From Candidatus Latescibacterota bacterium (GTDB taxonomy: Bacteria; Latescibacterota; UBA2968), in contig JAYODI010000036.1 of NCBI GenBank assembly GCA_038279365.1, forward strand, positions 27,784-47,624: DNA of 19,841 nucleotides. Direction: 5' to 3'. The translations under genes and the position numbers were made by a program. This document shows positions 7,381 to 15,725 of the stretch, one piece after another (positions within the stretch are counted from its first letter, which is position 1; the number at the start of each line of letters is the position of its first letter). A model generated the notes under the pieces. It ran no database searches and was not told where the DNA came from. It saw nothing but the letters and a program-made list of their open reading frames with translations.

Positions 7381-8613
7381 CTATTGTGCCTGATCATATC
7401 GTGCCTGTACATCTGGCAACCACTTTTTAACACCCGGATGAGTGGGGTCGATTTCTTCTGCTTTTTTTAACGCCTTTACAGAAGCTTCCCAATTGCCCAA
7501 TCGCCCATATAAAATGCCCAGATTATAGTGTGCGGAAATGTTTTTTTTGTCTAATATAATAGCGCGGTTATAGGCCTTTATCGCTTTGTCCGACTGAAAC
7601 CCTTCGCCATAGCGTTCACAATCGTTGTTGTGTTCATACACATAAGCCAAAAGCAAAAAGCTGGATGGGTCTTGGGGCGCATTTGCAACCACCGTTAAAG
7701 CCTCAACCAATGCGCGTTGCAAATCTTTTTGCATGAGCCTCACAGTGACCATACCACGGTGGGGCTCCAAAGAGGGCGTACCTTCTTTTATAAGTGATTG
7801 AAACAGCGATTCAGCATCTTTTAAACTGCCCTTAAGTGCATAAATATGGCCCAATAACGAGCGCACTTGCTGTGGATCATATTGCAATTCCAATGCGTCT
7901 TCCAAAACCGTTTGGGCTTCGTCAAATGCTTCTAAATCACGATATACCAACCCCAAATTATAATAAGCCGCACCGTATTGTGGGTTCATATCAATCGCTT
8001 TCAAAAAAGCTTCTTTGGCTTCTTGTGTCGCGCCATCTGCATAACGCGCCGTACCCAAATTATAATACAAGTGAGGCAAATATTGTTGTACCTGAGACAA
8101 TGCCGGATGGTCTGGATATTCATTACGCAACCGTCCCCAATATAGGGCGGCTTGTGCCCAATCTTTTTCCTGTACAAATACAAACCCCAACCGATAGAGT
8201 AAGTCAGGGTCGTCAGGAAAAAAAGACAATGTGGTCAGATAGGCTTTCCCTGCTTCAGCAAATGCCTTTTGCATTTGAAATGCTATGCCCAATTGATACC
8301 ACGCATCGCCATATTTGGGGCGTGCTTGCACTGCAGCGGCAAACGATTTGGCGGCATTGTCATAATCCTTCAACTGCATATAGGCGCGCCCCAAATTATA
8401 ATATGCCCCAACAAAATTGGGCACCAATTTAATGGCCTGCCGAAATTCTTTTACGGCCTCCAACAAACGCCCTTGGCTGGCCAATTGTGCACCCAAATTG
8501 TTGTGCTCCGCCGCAGCCGCATCAACAGCCTCTTTGGGTTGCGCTTGATAACTTGGTTGTGCGCCCCACAAGGGCGCCACCATCAGTGCCAATAATATCA
8601 ATAATCGCCACAT
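7381..8613 (-). CDS. Secreted tetratricopeptide-repeat (TPR) protein
   Basis: Signal peptide MWRLLILLALMVAPLWGA, followed by many TPR units (AYYNLG, AWYQLG, YYNLG, AHYNLG). Confidence 0.92.
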   Translation of the reverse strand: MWRLLILLALMVAPLWGAQPSYQAQPKEAVDAAAAEHNNLGAQLASQGRLLEAVKEFRQAIKLVPNFVGAYYNLGRAYMQLKDYDNAAKSFAAAVQARPKYGDAWYQLGIAFQMQKAFAEAGKAYLTTLSFFPDDPDLLYRLGFVFVQEKDWAQAALYWGRLRNEYPDHPALSQVQQYLPHLYYNLGTARYADGATQEAKEAFLKAIDMNPQYGAAYYNLGLVYRDLEAFDEAQTVLEDALELQYDPQQVRSLLGHIYALKGSLKDAESLFQSLIKEGTPSLEPHRGMVTVRLMQKDLQRALVEALTVVANAPQDPSSFLLLAYVYEHNNDCERYGEGFQSDKAIKAYNRAIILDKKNISAHYNLGILYGRLGNWEASVKALKKAEEIDPTHPGVKKWLPDVQARYDQAQ

Positions 8614-8616
8614 AAT

Positions 8617-9294
8617 CTATGTCCGCAACAAAACAGGCAAATGCTCTGTTCGATTGATAAAACGTGGTCGCACCATATCTGCAAAATCAATACGACTGAT
8701 ACCGGTATTATAATGACCAAAATAAACCCCTGGCAACACACCACCGCTCACCAAAGTTTGAATAAGCACATTGGCAAAAGCACCATGGGTTACACACGCA
8801 ATTCTGATTTCTTGCCCAACAAATTCATTTTCAATAACCGCAGCCACACGTTTGGCACGCTCGGCCATCTCATCCAAGGTCTCGCGAGAACGATTCCACC
8901 ATCCGTCATGAGCAAATGTATCAGGAATTTTAAAGTTGGGAAATTGTTCTTCAACTTCTTTTCGCGTTAAACCAGGAAATCCCTTTGTCTCTCCATCTTC
9001 TTCTAACCAAATACCACCTTCTTCATGCCAATCGAGCCAAATCTCTGCGGTGAGGTTCAATGCCTTTGCAATGGGTGCCGTTGTTTGCAATGTGCGCAAC
9101 ATCGCACTGCAAAACAATCGGTCAAATCCATATCCCTTACCGGCCTCCAATTGATCGGCATCGCGAACATGATCGGCCACAAGCTGTGCTTGTTGATGCC
9201 CTATCTCTGTCAATGCAGGATCAGCCACCCGTTTGTCAGAATCGCCCCAAGCATTATTTTGCGATTGCCCATGGCGAATCAAATACAACTCCAT
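8617..9294 (-). CDS. Histidine phosphatase (phosphoglycerate mutase-like) family protein
   Basis: LYLIRHGQS, SAMLRTLQTT, CVTHG and NTGISRI. ATG 9294 follows GAGGTG. Confidence 0.92.
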   Translation of the reverse strand: MELYLIRHGQSQNNAWGDSDKRVADPALTEIGHQQAQLVADHVRDADQLEAGKGYGFDRLFCSAMLRTLQTTAPIAKALNLTAEIWLDWHEEGGIWLEEDGETKGFPGLTRKEVEEQFPNFKIPDTFAHDGWWNRSRETLDEMAERAKRVAAVIENEFVGQEIRIACVTHGAFANVLIQTLVSGGVLPGVYFGHYNTGISRIDFADMVRPRFINRTEHLPVLLRT

Positions 9295-9304
9295 TTTCAC
9301 CTCT

Positions 9305-9745
9305 TTATTCAGGCCATTGCAAAGCAACAGTGCGCACCGTGCCAGTACCCTGATCGCAAATTGGCGTGAGTTCAATAACCGCACTGTCCGTATAAATTGC
9401 TGTCGGTAAAGACACACGCGTTTGAAATGTAGAAGACCCCAATGGTGCAATGGTAGCGGGTGTGCAAGTGACCGTACCCGTTCCCAAAACAGTTGCATCG
9501 GCAGCCAATACACGAATTTGTACGGACAATCCCGTCAACTCCAATCCCAACCGACTATCCACAAGCCCACCCACCGCAATAAAACCACTGGGAGCAGCAA
9601 CCGTTCCTGCCGCCTCTCCTAAAATAGAAGGATTGCCTTCTATCGTCAGTTCAGTGGCAACAAATGTGGTCGACCCTGTCGAATTGTTGCTGCCACAAGC
9701 AACCAAACCCAACAACACAAAACACAAATAGAGACTGTATTTCAT
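9305..9745 (-). CDS. Putative lipoprotein with FxLYD-like Ig-fold domain
   Basis: MKYSLYLCFVLLGLVAC lipobox, an S/T-rich linker, then a beta-rich domain (VGGLVDS...VQIRVLAADATVLG...PATIAPLGSSTF) resembling FxLYD domains by eye. Confidence 0.7.
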   Translation of the reverse strand: MKYSLYLCFVLLGLVACGSNNSTGSTTFVATELTIEGNPSILGEAAGTVAAPSGFIAVGGLVDSRLGLELTGLSVQIRVLAADATVLGTGTVTCTPATIAPLGSSTFQTRVSLPTAIYTDSAVIELTPICDQGTGTVRTVALQWPE

Positions 9746-9847
9746 AAGCAACACCCTCAATAAAGCCCCAGCATGAAAGAAATATATTCGTGGGTTTCAA
9801 TATACATCCGAAAAGCCCCAGAGGCAAGCAATCCCATCTTTCAAACA

Positions 9848-9877
9848 TTGACAAGGTGTAACCACCCGTCTTACCTT
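9848..9877 (+). promoter_or_regulatory. Candidate sigma70 promoter
   Basis: TTGACA (9848-9853)-N18-TACCTT (9872-9877), upstream of the AGGAG RBS and ATG 9930. Confidence 0.5.
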
Positions 9878-9929
9878 ACATCCATATAAAATATCAAATT
9901 CTTTTCCTTATCTATCAGGAGCATAAACA

Positions 9930-10919
9930 ATGACATCTTATACAGTAACTGTGCGCGAAGCCGATGGTTTTCCGCGCCGATCTTTTCCTTGCACCACAAC
10001 ACTCGATTTGCCCCCCAAGACCTATCGCCCACATGACCCATTTCGTCTGCTCGACACAGAAGGCAAAGAACTGCCCTGCCAAATAGACGCCCTTAAAAAC
10101 TATGCAGACGGCAGTGTTGAAACAGCAGAAATGACCTTTGCGCCCTTTTTATCTCCCTTCCAAACAGCCAATTATACATTGGAATTATGTGGCAATCGTG
10201 CAACCGCACAAGTTCGCAATCCCATTACCGTAGACATTCAGAAAAACGTAACCAATGTCAAACAAGGCGTCATTTCCTATACCATCCAACATACCCCATT
10301 TAACTTAGTCGATAATGTCACATTTAAAGACAAAGCTTTTGTTAAGCCCAATCTATCTACACCAACCCTTATCCTTAAAACGGGTCAAAAATTAGATCCA
10401 ATAGGCACCGTTACTGTCACACCAGAAACACAAGGTCCGTGGGCCAGTCGCTTGCGTGTTGAGGGGCATTATCCCGAAAACTATGCCTTTGTTACCTATC
10501 TTACATTTGTCTCAAGCAAATCGTGGTTTTTGGCAGAACATCAAATTGTTTCGGGCAATCGCAATCAAATTGCATCCATCCAATTTACAAGCCACTATGA
10601 TCTGTCTTCAGGCCCATTATCCACGGCAACGGGTGCACGTATTCGTCACGATGGCACCGCAACTTCATGGACGATCATCACCGATGGCACACACACCGTA
10701 GACATTGCCATTCTCGATGCCTGGACACCCACAGGAGCCGTGCGTTGTGAAACCGATGCAGAGGGTCAATTCCGCGCCATCTATCCCTTTAACAATCGCC
10801 CCTGTCGTATGTATGTTCACGTATTGCATGGCCCACCCGATGACATTGTCAACACACCCGCACCCGCTATGGCCGCCGAACTTTGTGTCACCTCAAACTC
10901 AAATGTTGCAGCATCTTGA
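9930..10919 (+). CDS. Hypothetical protein resembling the N-terminal RIFT-barrel/beta-sandwich region of exo-rhamnogalacturonan-lyase-like proteins
   Basis: Pattern VTVRE..G..R..FP...LDLP...FRLLD.EGKELPCQ...YADGSV...F. Good AGGAG RBS. No C-terminal catalytic domain is recognisable. Confidence 0.6.
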   Translation: MTSYTVTVREADGFPRRSFPCTTTLDLPPKTYRPHDPFRLLDTEGKELPCQIDALKNYADGSVETAEMTFAPFLSPFQTANYTLELCGNRATAQVRNPITVDIQKNVTNVKQGVISYTIQHTPFNLVDNVTFKDKAFVKPNLSTPTLILKTGQKLDPIGTVTVTPETQGPWASRLRVEGHYPENYAFVTYLTFVSSKSWFLAEHQIVSGNRNQIASIQFTSHYDLSSGPLSTATGARIRHDGTATSWTIITDGTHTVDIAILDAWTPTGAVRCETDAEGQFRAIYPFNNRPCRMYVHVLHGPPDDIVNTPAPAMAAELCVTSNSNVAAS

Positions 10920-11308
10920 ACACCCCTCACATCAGCGCGCGCGGGAAACTCCAAAACAAATTGAACACGCCGTCGTTCACTCACACCAAAAGCGTGCCCA
11001 TCAAACCTATACGTTTGTTTGGCCAACAAATCACCATTGGACAAGCGCAACCACCACGTCATTACAAACGGTGCTTCAATAGGTACGGGTGCCGTATTGA
11101 TCACATCAACAGACACCCTTACGCCCGTAATCTCTCCTTGGTCATTGCGTATTTCTGTCTTGCCCACATTGGTTAATGCCATCGCATCAGACAAAAATTC
11201 ATCTTCAGGAGACAAACCCGCATCGCCACACCCAAACACCAAACCCATCCACAAAACAAACATCACGCATAACAATCCTTTTGGCGTTGCACATTTGCCA
11301 TCTGCCAT
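10817..11308 (-). CDS. Putative lipoprotein (start uncertain: 11308 or 11263)
   Basis: Hydrophobic segment ending in a LVFGC lipobox, then a beta-rich domain. Its 3' end overlaps the convergent + gene by 103 bp. Confidence 0.6.
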   Translation of the reverse strand: MADGKCATPKGLLCVMFVLWMGLVFGCGDAGLSPEDEFLSDAMALTNVGKTEIRNDQGEITGVRVSVDVINTAPVPIEAPFVMTWWLRLSNGDLLAKQTYRFDGHAFGVSERRRVQFVLEFPARADVRGVQDAATFEFEVTQSSAAIAGAGVLTMSSGGPCNT

Positions 11309-11312
11309 CTTT
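11292..11312. repeat. Short 7-mer tandem repeat (CATTTGC/CATCTGC)
   Basis: CATTTGC CATCTGC CATCTTT immediately after the uppP stop; same units as 12250-12270. Confidence 0.55.
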
Positions 11313-12092
11313 TTACCCCCAGAAATAACCCACCCCCACGATACCCACCACCCAACAATAATACGCAAAGCGTTCTAATTTCCCACCCGCCAAAATGCCC
11401 ATCAACCAACGAATGGCAAACACACCCGACACATAAGCCATAACGGCACCAATAATGAGTGTCCACAAGGCATCTTCACTGGGTGGATGTGCCACCAAAT
11501 CATCCACGGCCAAAATTGTTGCCCCCAAAATAATGGGAATAGACAACAAAAATGAAAACGTGCCCGCTTCTCTGCTGTCTAACCCACGCCACAACCCCAT
11601 TCCAATGGTTGAACCCGACCGCGAAATACCAGGAAAAATGGCAAAAGCCTGTGCACACCCAATCACAATGGCATCTGCCAATGTCACATTTTTTCGATCA
11701 CCAGAGGCAAAACGCGTACTGAATAAAATAACCCCCGTCACAATCAAAAACCCCGACACCGCAGCAGGGCTGGCAAATGCTTCTTCAAGGGTATCTTTGA
11801 GTGCTACACCAAAAATACCTGCAGGCAACGTGCCCAACAACAAGAAACCAACCATGCGCCAAGCCATAGGATCGCGTGCCAAACAACCACGCACCAACAT
11901 CATAATACGCGCACGCAACGCTGTGATCACTGCCAACAGTGTGCCAAAATGCACAATAATCTCAAACGTCACATCGCCCGTTTCAATACCCAAAATGGCT
12001 TGCCCCAATGCCAAATGCCCAGAACTGCTCACTGGCAAAAATTCGGTTAATCCTTGAATCACCCCCAACAACGCCGCTTCCAATGGTGTCAA
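11313..12092 (-). CDS. uppP: Undecaprenyl-diphosphate phosphatase (BacA)
   Basis: Signature motifs QGLTEFLPVSSSGHL and PGISRSGST, plus FSFLLSIP and multiple transmembrane segments. TTG 12092 follows GGAGG. Confidence 0.96.
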   Translation of the reverse strand: MTPLEAALLGVIQGLTEFLPVSSSGHLALGQAILGIETGDVTFEIIVHFGTLLAVITALRARIMMLVRGCLARDPMAWRMVGFLLLGTLPAGIFGVALKDTLEEAFASPAAVSGFLIVTGVILFSTRFASGDRKNVTLADAIVIGCAQAFAIFPGISRSGSTIGMGLWRGLDSREAGTFSFLLSIPIILGATILAVDDLVAHPPSEDALWTLIIGAVMAYVSGVFAIRWLMGILAGGKLERFAYYCWVVGIVGVGYFWG

Positions 12093-12185
12093 AACATCCT
12101 CCCTTTCCATTCACGTAAAATAGTTGGTCATAAGTAACATATTTGTGTGTTAAAAAACAAGCACCAGAAACAAACCGTCTATCAA

Positions 12186-12275
12186 GCAAACGGCAAACGT
12201 GAAACGGCAGAAAACTTCGCACAAGCACTCAAGTTTGGTTGTGACTTTACATCTGCCGTTTGCCATTTGCCGTTT
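12186..12275. repeat. Palindromic element with inverted 7-mer tandem arms
   Basis: Left arm GCAAACG GCAAACG TGAAACG GCAGAAA; right arm CATCTGC CGTTTGC CATTTGC CGTTT. AAACGGCAGA (12202-12211) pairs perfectly with TCTGCCGTTT (12252-12261). Confidence 0.75.
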
Positions 12276-12422
12276 TTGATCCATTATATAAAACAACGAG
12301 CAAATACAAGAATGGTTTCCTTTTATTTTAAGATTGTGTATCATCCCATATCACAAGAACAATTTTAAAACACCTATGCACTTCAGACAATATCTCTCAG
12401 TCACATATCAAAGGAGTCTAAA

Positions 12423-13916
12423 ATGCCTTCATCATCGGCCCCAAATATCGTTTTCATTCATGCCGAAAGTATGGACGGGCGCAAAATGGGATGTATGGGA
12501 CACCCCGCGCTCAAAAATGCAACACCCAACCTGGATCGCTTGGCCAATGAAGGCGTCATGTTTAAAAATGCCTATACCAATTGCCCCGTATGCAACCCTT
12601 CACGTGCAAGTATGTGGAGTGGCAAATATCCCAACCATCGTGATTGTTGGAACAACCACGAGGGTTTGCGCCAAGGCATCGCCACATACCAAGACACTTT
12701 TAACAGTGCAGGGTATCAAACCTCAGCCATCGGCCCCATCGACTATGCTTATGGCAAACACTCTATGCGCGACCGCATTGGATCTTGGACACGATCTGCC
12801 AATATTCTTCGCCCCATGTGCCGCACGCCTCTACCCGCTGTGGTAGACAATGGACAAGCCCATCAACGCGATTGGCGACATACATATAACGCAATTGGTG
12901 ATTTACACACCTACAGTACATCCAATCGCCCTTTTTGGCTCTACCTCACCACGGGCCTTGTTCACCCAGCTTTTGTTGCTGAAAAGCGTTATATGGATCG
13001 CATCATCAAAAGCGAAATCGACATACCCAAACTTATGGATCTCGATGAGACACATAATGAAGCCGTTGCCTATCAGCGCATTACCAAAAACTGTGACAAA
13101 AAATTCTCAGAAAATCTCGTAAGAGAAATGCGCCATGTCTACTTTGCCATGATTGCCGCCTTAGACGACATGGTCGGGCGCGTACTCACCACCCTAGACG
13201 ATCTGGGCCTTGCAGATAACACATATGTCATTTTCTCCAGCGACCACGGTGAAATGGCCGGTGAACAAAATCAAGTGCTCAAACGCAACATGTATGAAGC
13301 TTCTGCACATGTGCCCCTTATTGTTCGCGGCCCCGATGTACAAAAAGGCGGTATTGTTCACACACCGGTCTCCCTCGTAGACCTCTACCCAACCTTTATG
13401 GACATGGCAAATATCAACTACGCCGATTATGCCCACCAACCCGGTTATGCCGAAAGCCTCGATGGCGAATCACTCATGCCCCAACTCACCAACCACCAAG
13501 AGCGTGAGCGACCCTGGGCCATGTGTGAATACCACGGCGACCGAGCCGCCACTGGCACATTTATGTTGCGACAAAACGATTGGAAATACATCAAACATAT
13601 GGGTTATGATGCCGAGCTCTTCAACCTCAAAGACGACCCCAATGAAGCAAATGACCTCATTCACGAAAAGCCTGATATTGCCCAACAGTTAGACACAGTA
13701 CTCACCAAAAGTTTCGACTGTGATGGCATAGATGCCCGCGCCAAAGCCTATGACCGCGAAAACTTTGTCGCATGGCGAGCCCAAGCAAAAAAAGATGGCA
13801 CCTACCATGACATGATGGCCCGTGTTTACAGCGGATTCGACCGCCTTTGTATTGAAGACATTGCCCCTTGGACAGATGCCAATGAACAACAAATTGAAGC
13901 GTGGTTAAACGCCTAA
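12423..13916 (+). CDS. Formylglycine-type (S1) sulfatase, arylsulfatase K-like
   Basis: CNPSRASMWSG (CxPxR), FSSDHGE, MYEASAHVPL, SLVDLYPT and ELFNLKDDPNE. AAGGAG RBS; no signal peptide. Confidence 0.92.
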   Translation: MPSSSAPNIVFIHAESMDGRKMGCMGHPALKNATPNLDRLANEGVMFKNAYTNCPVCNPSRASMWSGKYPNHRDCWNNHEGLRQGIATYQDTFNSAGYQTSAIGPIDYAYGKHSMRDRIGSWTRSANILRPMCRTPLPAVVDNGQAHQRDWRHTYNAIGDLHTYSTSNRPFWLYLTTGLVHPAFVAEKRYMDRIIKSEIDIPKLMDLDETHNEAVAYQRITKNCDKKFSENLVREMRHVYFAMIAALDDMVGRVLTTLDDLGLADNTYVIFSSDHGEMAGEQNQVLKRNMYEASAHVPLIVRGPDVQKGGIVHTPVSLVDLYPTFMDMANINYADYAHQPGYAESLDGESLMPQLTNHQERERPWAMCEYHGDRAATGTFMLRQNDWKYIKHMGYDAELFNLKDDPNEANDLIHEKPDIAQQLDTVLTKSFDCDGIDARAKAYDRENFVAWRAQAKKDGTYHDMMARVYSGFDRLCIEDIAPWTDANEQQIEAWLNA

Positions 13917-13943
13917 ACACGACATATATTTGAGACAAAACAC

Positions 13944-13981
13944 AAAAAAGCCCGATGGTCGCTTGACCATCGGGCTTTTTT
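13944..13981. terminator. Bidirectional rho-independent terminator
   Basis: Perfect hairpin AAAAAAGCCCGATGGTC-GCTT-GACCATCGGGCTTTTTT after the sulfatase stop. Confidence 0.92.
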
Positions 13982-14109
13982 ATTTCAGTTTACTATGTGG
14001 CCTATGCAAGTTGTAATGTAGTCTAAAGTCCTCTAATACGACTTGTGCTTGGCGCATTGAGCAAGATTTCTCGATTGAGGCATTCGTCTCTCAGACGACT
14101 ATTGAATCT
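13980..14109 (-). pseudogene. IS3-family transposase C-terminal remnant (frameshifted)
   Basis: The - strand reads RFNSRLRDECLNREIL, then after a frameshift SMRQAQVVLEDFRLHYNLHRPHSKLK*. This matches the IS3 integrase-core end pattern FNxRLRDECLN...YNxxRPHSxL. Confidence 0.85.
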
Positions 14110-14222
14110 ATTCATCCAAAATGAAACACCTCCACTACTCGCTCCAAATCCAACTTGACGTGTACATCAAAATCCATTACTTGTTAGCGCCAATATATGT
14201 TCATTACCAACAGGAGAAAATC

Positions 14223-15638
14223 ATGAGTGTTACATTAAATCAAAAAGACACCGGCTATCGTGGCATCTGGTATTACAACCAACCTTCGGGAGATGAGTAT
14301 GTTTACAAATACAGTGGCGGCTTGGGTACCTATTGCGCCAAACACCGCCCCTTTGCCGTCTATCGCCCCGAAGTAGACAAAACCTTCTTTTGTTATGGCG
14401 GTACCCCTGTAGATGGCCACCTCCAACATACTAAAGAAGACCTCAACGGTGACCGTGCATTTTCACGTGAACGCCCCGGTTTTTTGCTCCACATGATTTC
14501 CTACTTCGATCACAAAACGGGGCAAGTGCCACGCCCCACCATTTTGCTCGACAAAAACACGGCCGATGCCCACGACAATCCCGTCATCTCTGTTGATGAC
14601 GACGGATATATTTGGATCTTCTCAACCTCCCATGGCCTATCGCGTCCTTCTTATGTACACCGCAGTGTCGAACCCTACAACATCGATACCTTCGAACGCA
14701 TTGATGTTACTTATTTGCTCAACGGCGAAGAAAAGCCCATGGACAACTTCTCTTACATGCAAACCTGGCATTTGCCAGAACGCGGGTTTATCAACTTTGT
14801 GACCCGCTACAAAGACCCATCAGATCGCACGCTCTTTTTTATGACCAGCCCCGATGGGCATAAATGGTCCGAATGGACCCGCCTTGCAGCCATAGAAAAA
14901 GGTCACTACCAAATCAGCATCTGCTCAAATCACAAAGCGGTCACAGCTTTTAATTATCACCCCGAGCCACAAGGCCTCAACTGGCGCACCAACCTCTACT
15001 ATCTTGAAACACCCGACTTTGGCAAAACCTGGCAAAACGCCGCAGGTGCACCCATTACACTCCCACTCACCACCCCCAACAACAACGCACTGGTTCACGA
15101 TTATGCCGCCGAAGGCTTAAAAGTGTATCTCAAAGACATTCGCCTCGACCCCAAAGGCAATCCCGTCATTCTTGTGATCACCAGCGAAGGTTATGAATCG
15201 GGTCCAGAAAATGGCCCACGCACCTGGACCCTTTTGCATTGGTCTGGAGGGGAATGGAAAATTCGCCCCGTCACCACCTCAGACAGCAACTATGACATGG
15301 GCTCTCTCTATTTGGAACAAGACGGCACCTGGCGCATCATCGCGCCCACAGAAACAGGTCCGCAAGCCTATAACCCCGGTGGTGAAATGGCCATGTGGGT
15401 AAGCACCGACGAAGGTCAAACGTGGGAAAAAACCAAACAACTCACCCAAAACAGCGAACGCAACCACACCTATGCCCGAAGCCCCGTAAATGCCCACCCC
15501 GACTTTTATGCCCTTTGGGCCGATGGCAATGCCCGTCAAGCATCCAAATCGTGCATTTACTTTTGCGACAAAAAAGGCAATGTTTATCAACTGCCCGAAG
15601 AGATGAGTGGCGAATTTGCCAAACCCATTCCCGTTTAA
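14223..15638 (+). CDS. BNR-4 repeat-containing (beta-propeller) protein
   Basis: Asp-box repeats TSPDGHKWS, TPDFGKTW and STDEGQTW, and motif DAHDNPVISVDDDGYIWIFSTSHG. ATG 14223 follows CAGGAG. Confidence 0.85.
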   Translation: MSVTLNQKDTGYRGIWYYNQPSGDEYVYKYSGGLGTYCAKHRPFAVYRPEVDKTFFCYGGTPVDGHLQHTKEDLNGDRAFSRERPGFLLHMISYFDHKTGQVPRPTILLDKNTADAHDNPVISVDDDGYIWIFSTSHGLSRPSYVHRSVEPYNIDTFERIDVTYLLNGEEKPMDNFSYMQTWHLPERGFINFVTRYKDPSDRTLFFMTSPDGHKWSEWTRLAAIEKGHYQISICSNHKAVTAFNYHPEPQGLNWRTNLYYLETPDFGKTWQNAAGAPITLPLTTPNNNALVHDYAAEGLKVYLKDIRLDPKGNPVILVITSEGYESGPENGPRTWTLLHWSGGEWKIRPVTTSDSNYDMGSLYLEQDGTWRIIAPTETGPQAYNPGGEMAMWVSTDEGQTWEKTKQLTQNSERNHTYARSPVNAHPDFYALWADGNARQASKSCIYFCDKKGNVYQLPEEMSGEFAKPIPV

Positions 15639-15672
15639 AAGAATACGTACCGAAGTCTCTGAGATGACAAAT

Positions 15673-15706
15673 AAAAGGACGGTATCTGGTGATACCGTCC
15701 TTTTTT
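15673..15706. terminator. Bidirectional rho-independent terminator
   Basis: AAAAGGACGGTATC-TGGT-GATACCGTCCTTTTTT between convergent genes. Confidence 0.92.
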
Positions 15707-15725
15707 AATCAACACGTTTTTATAT

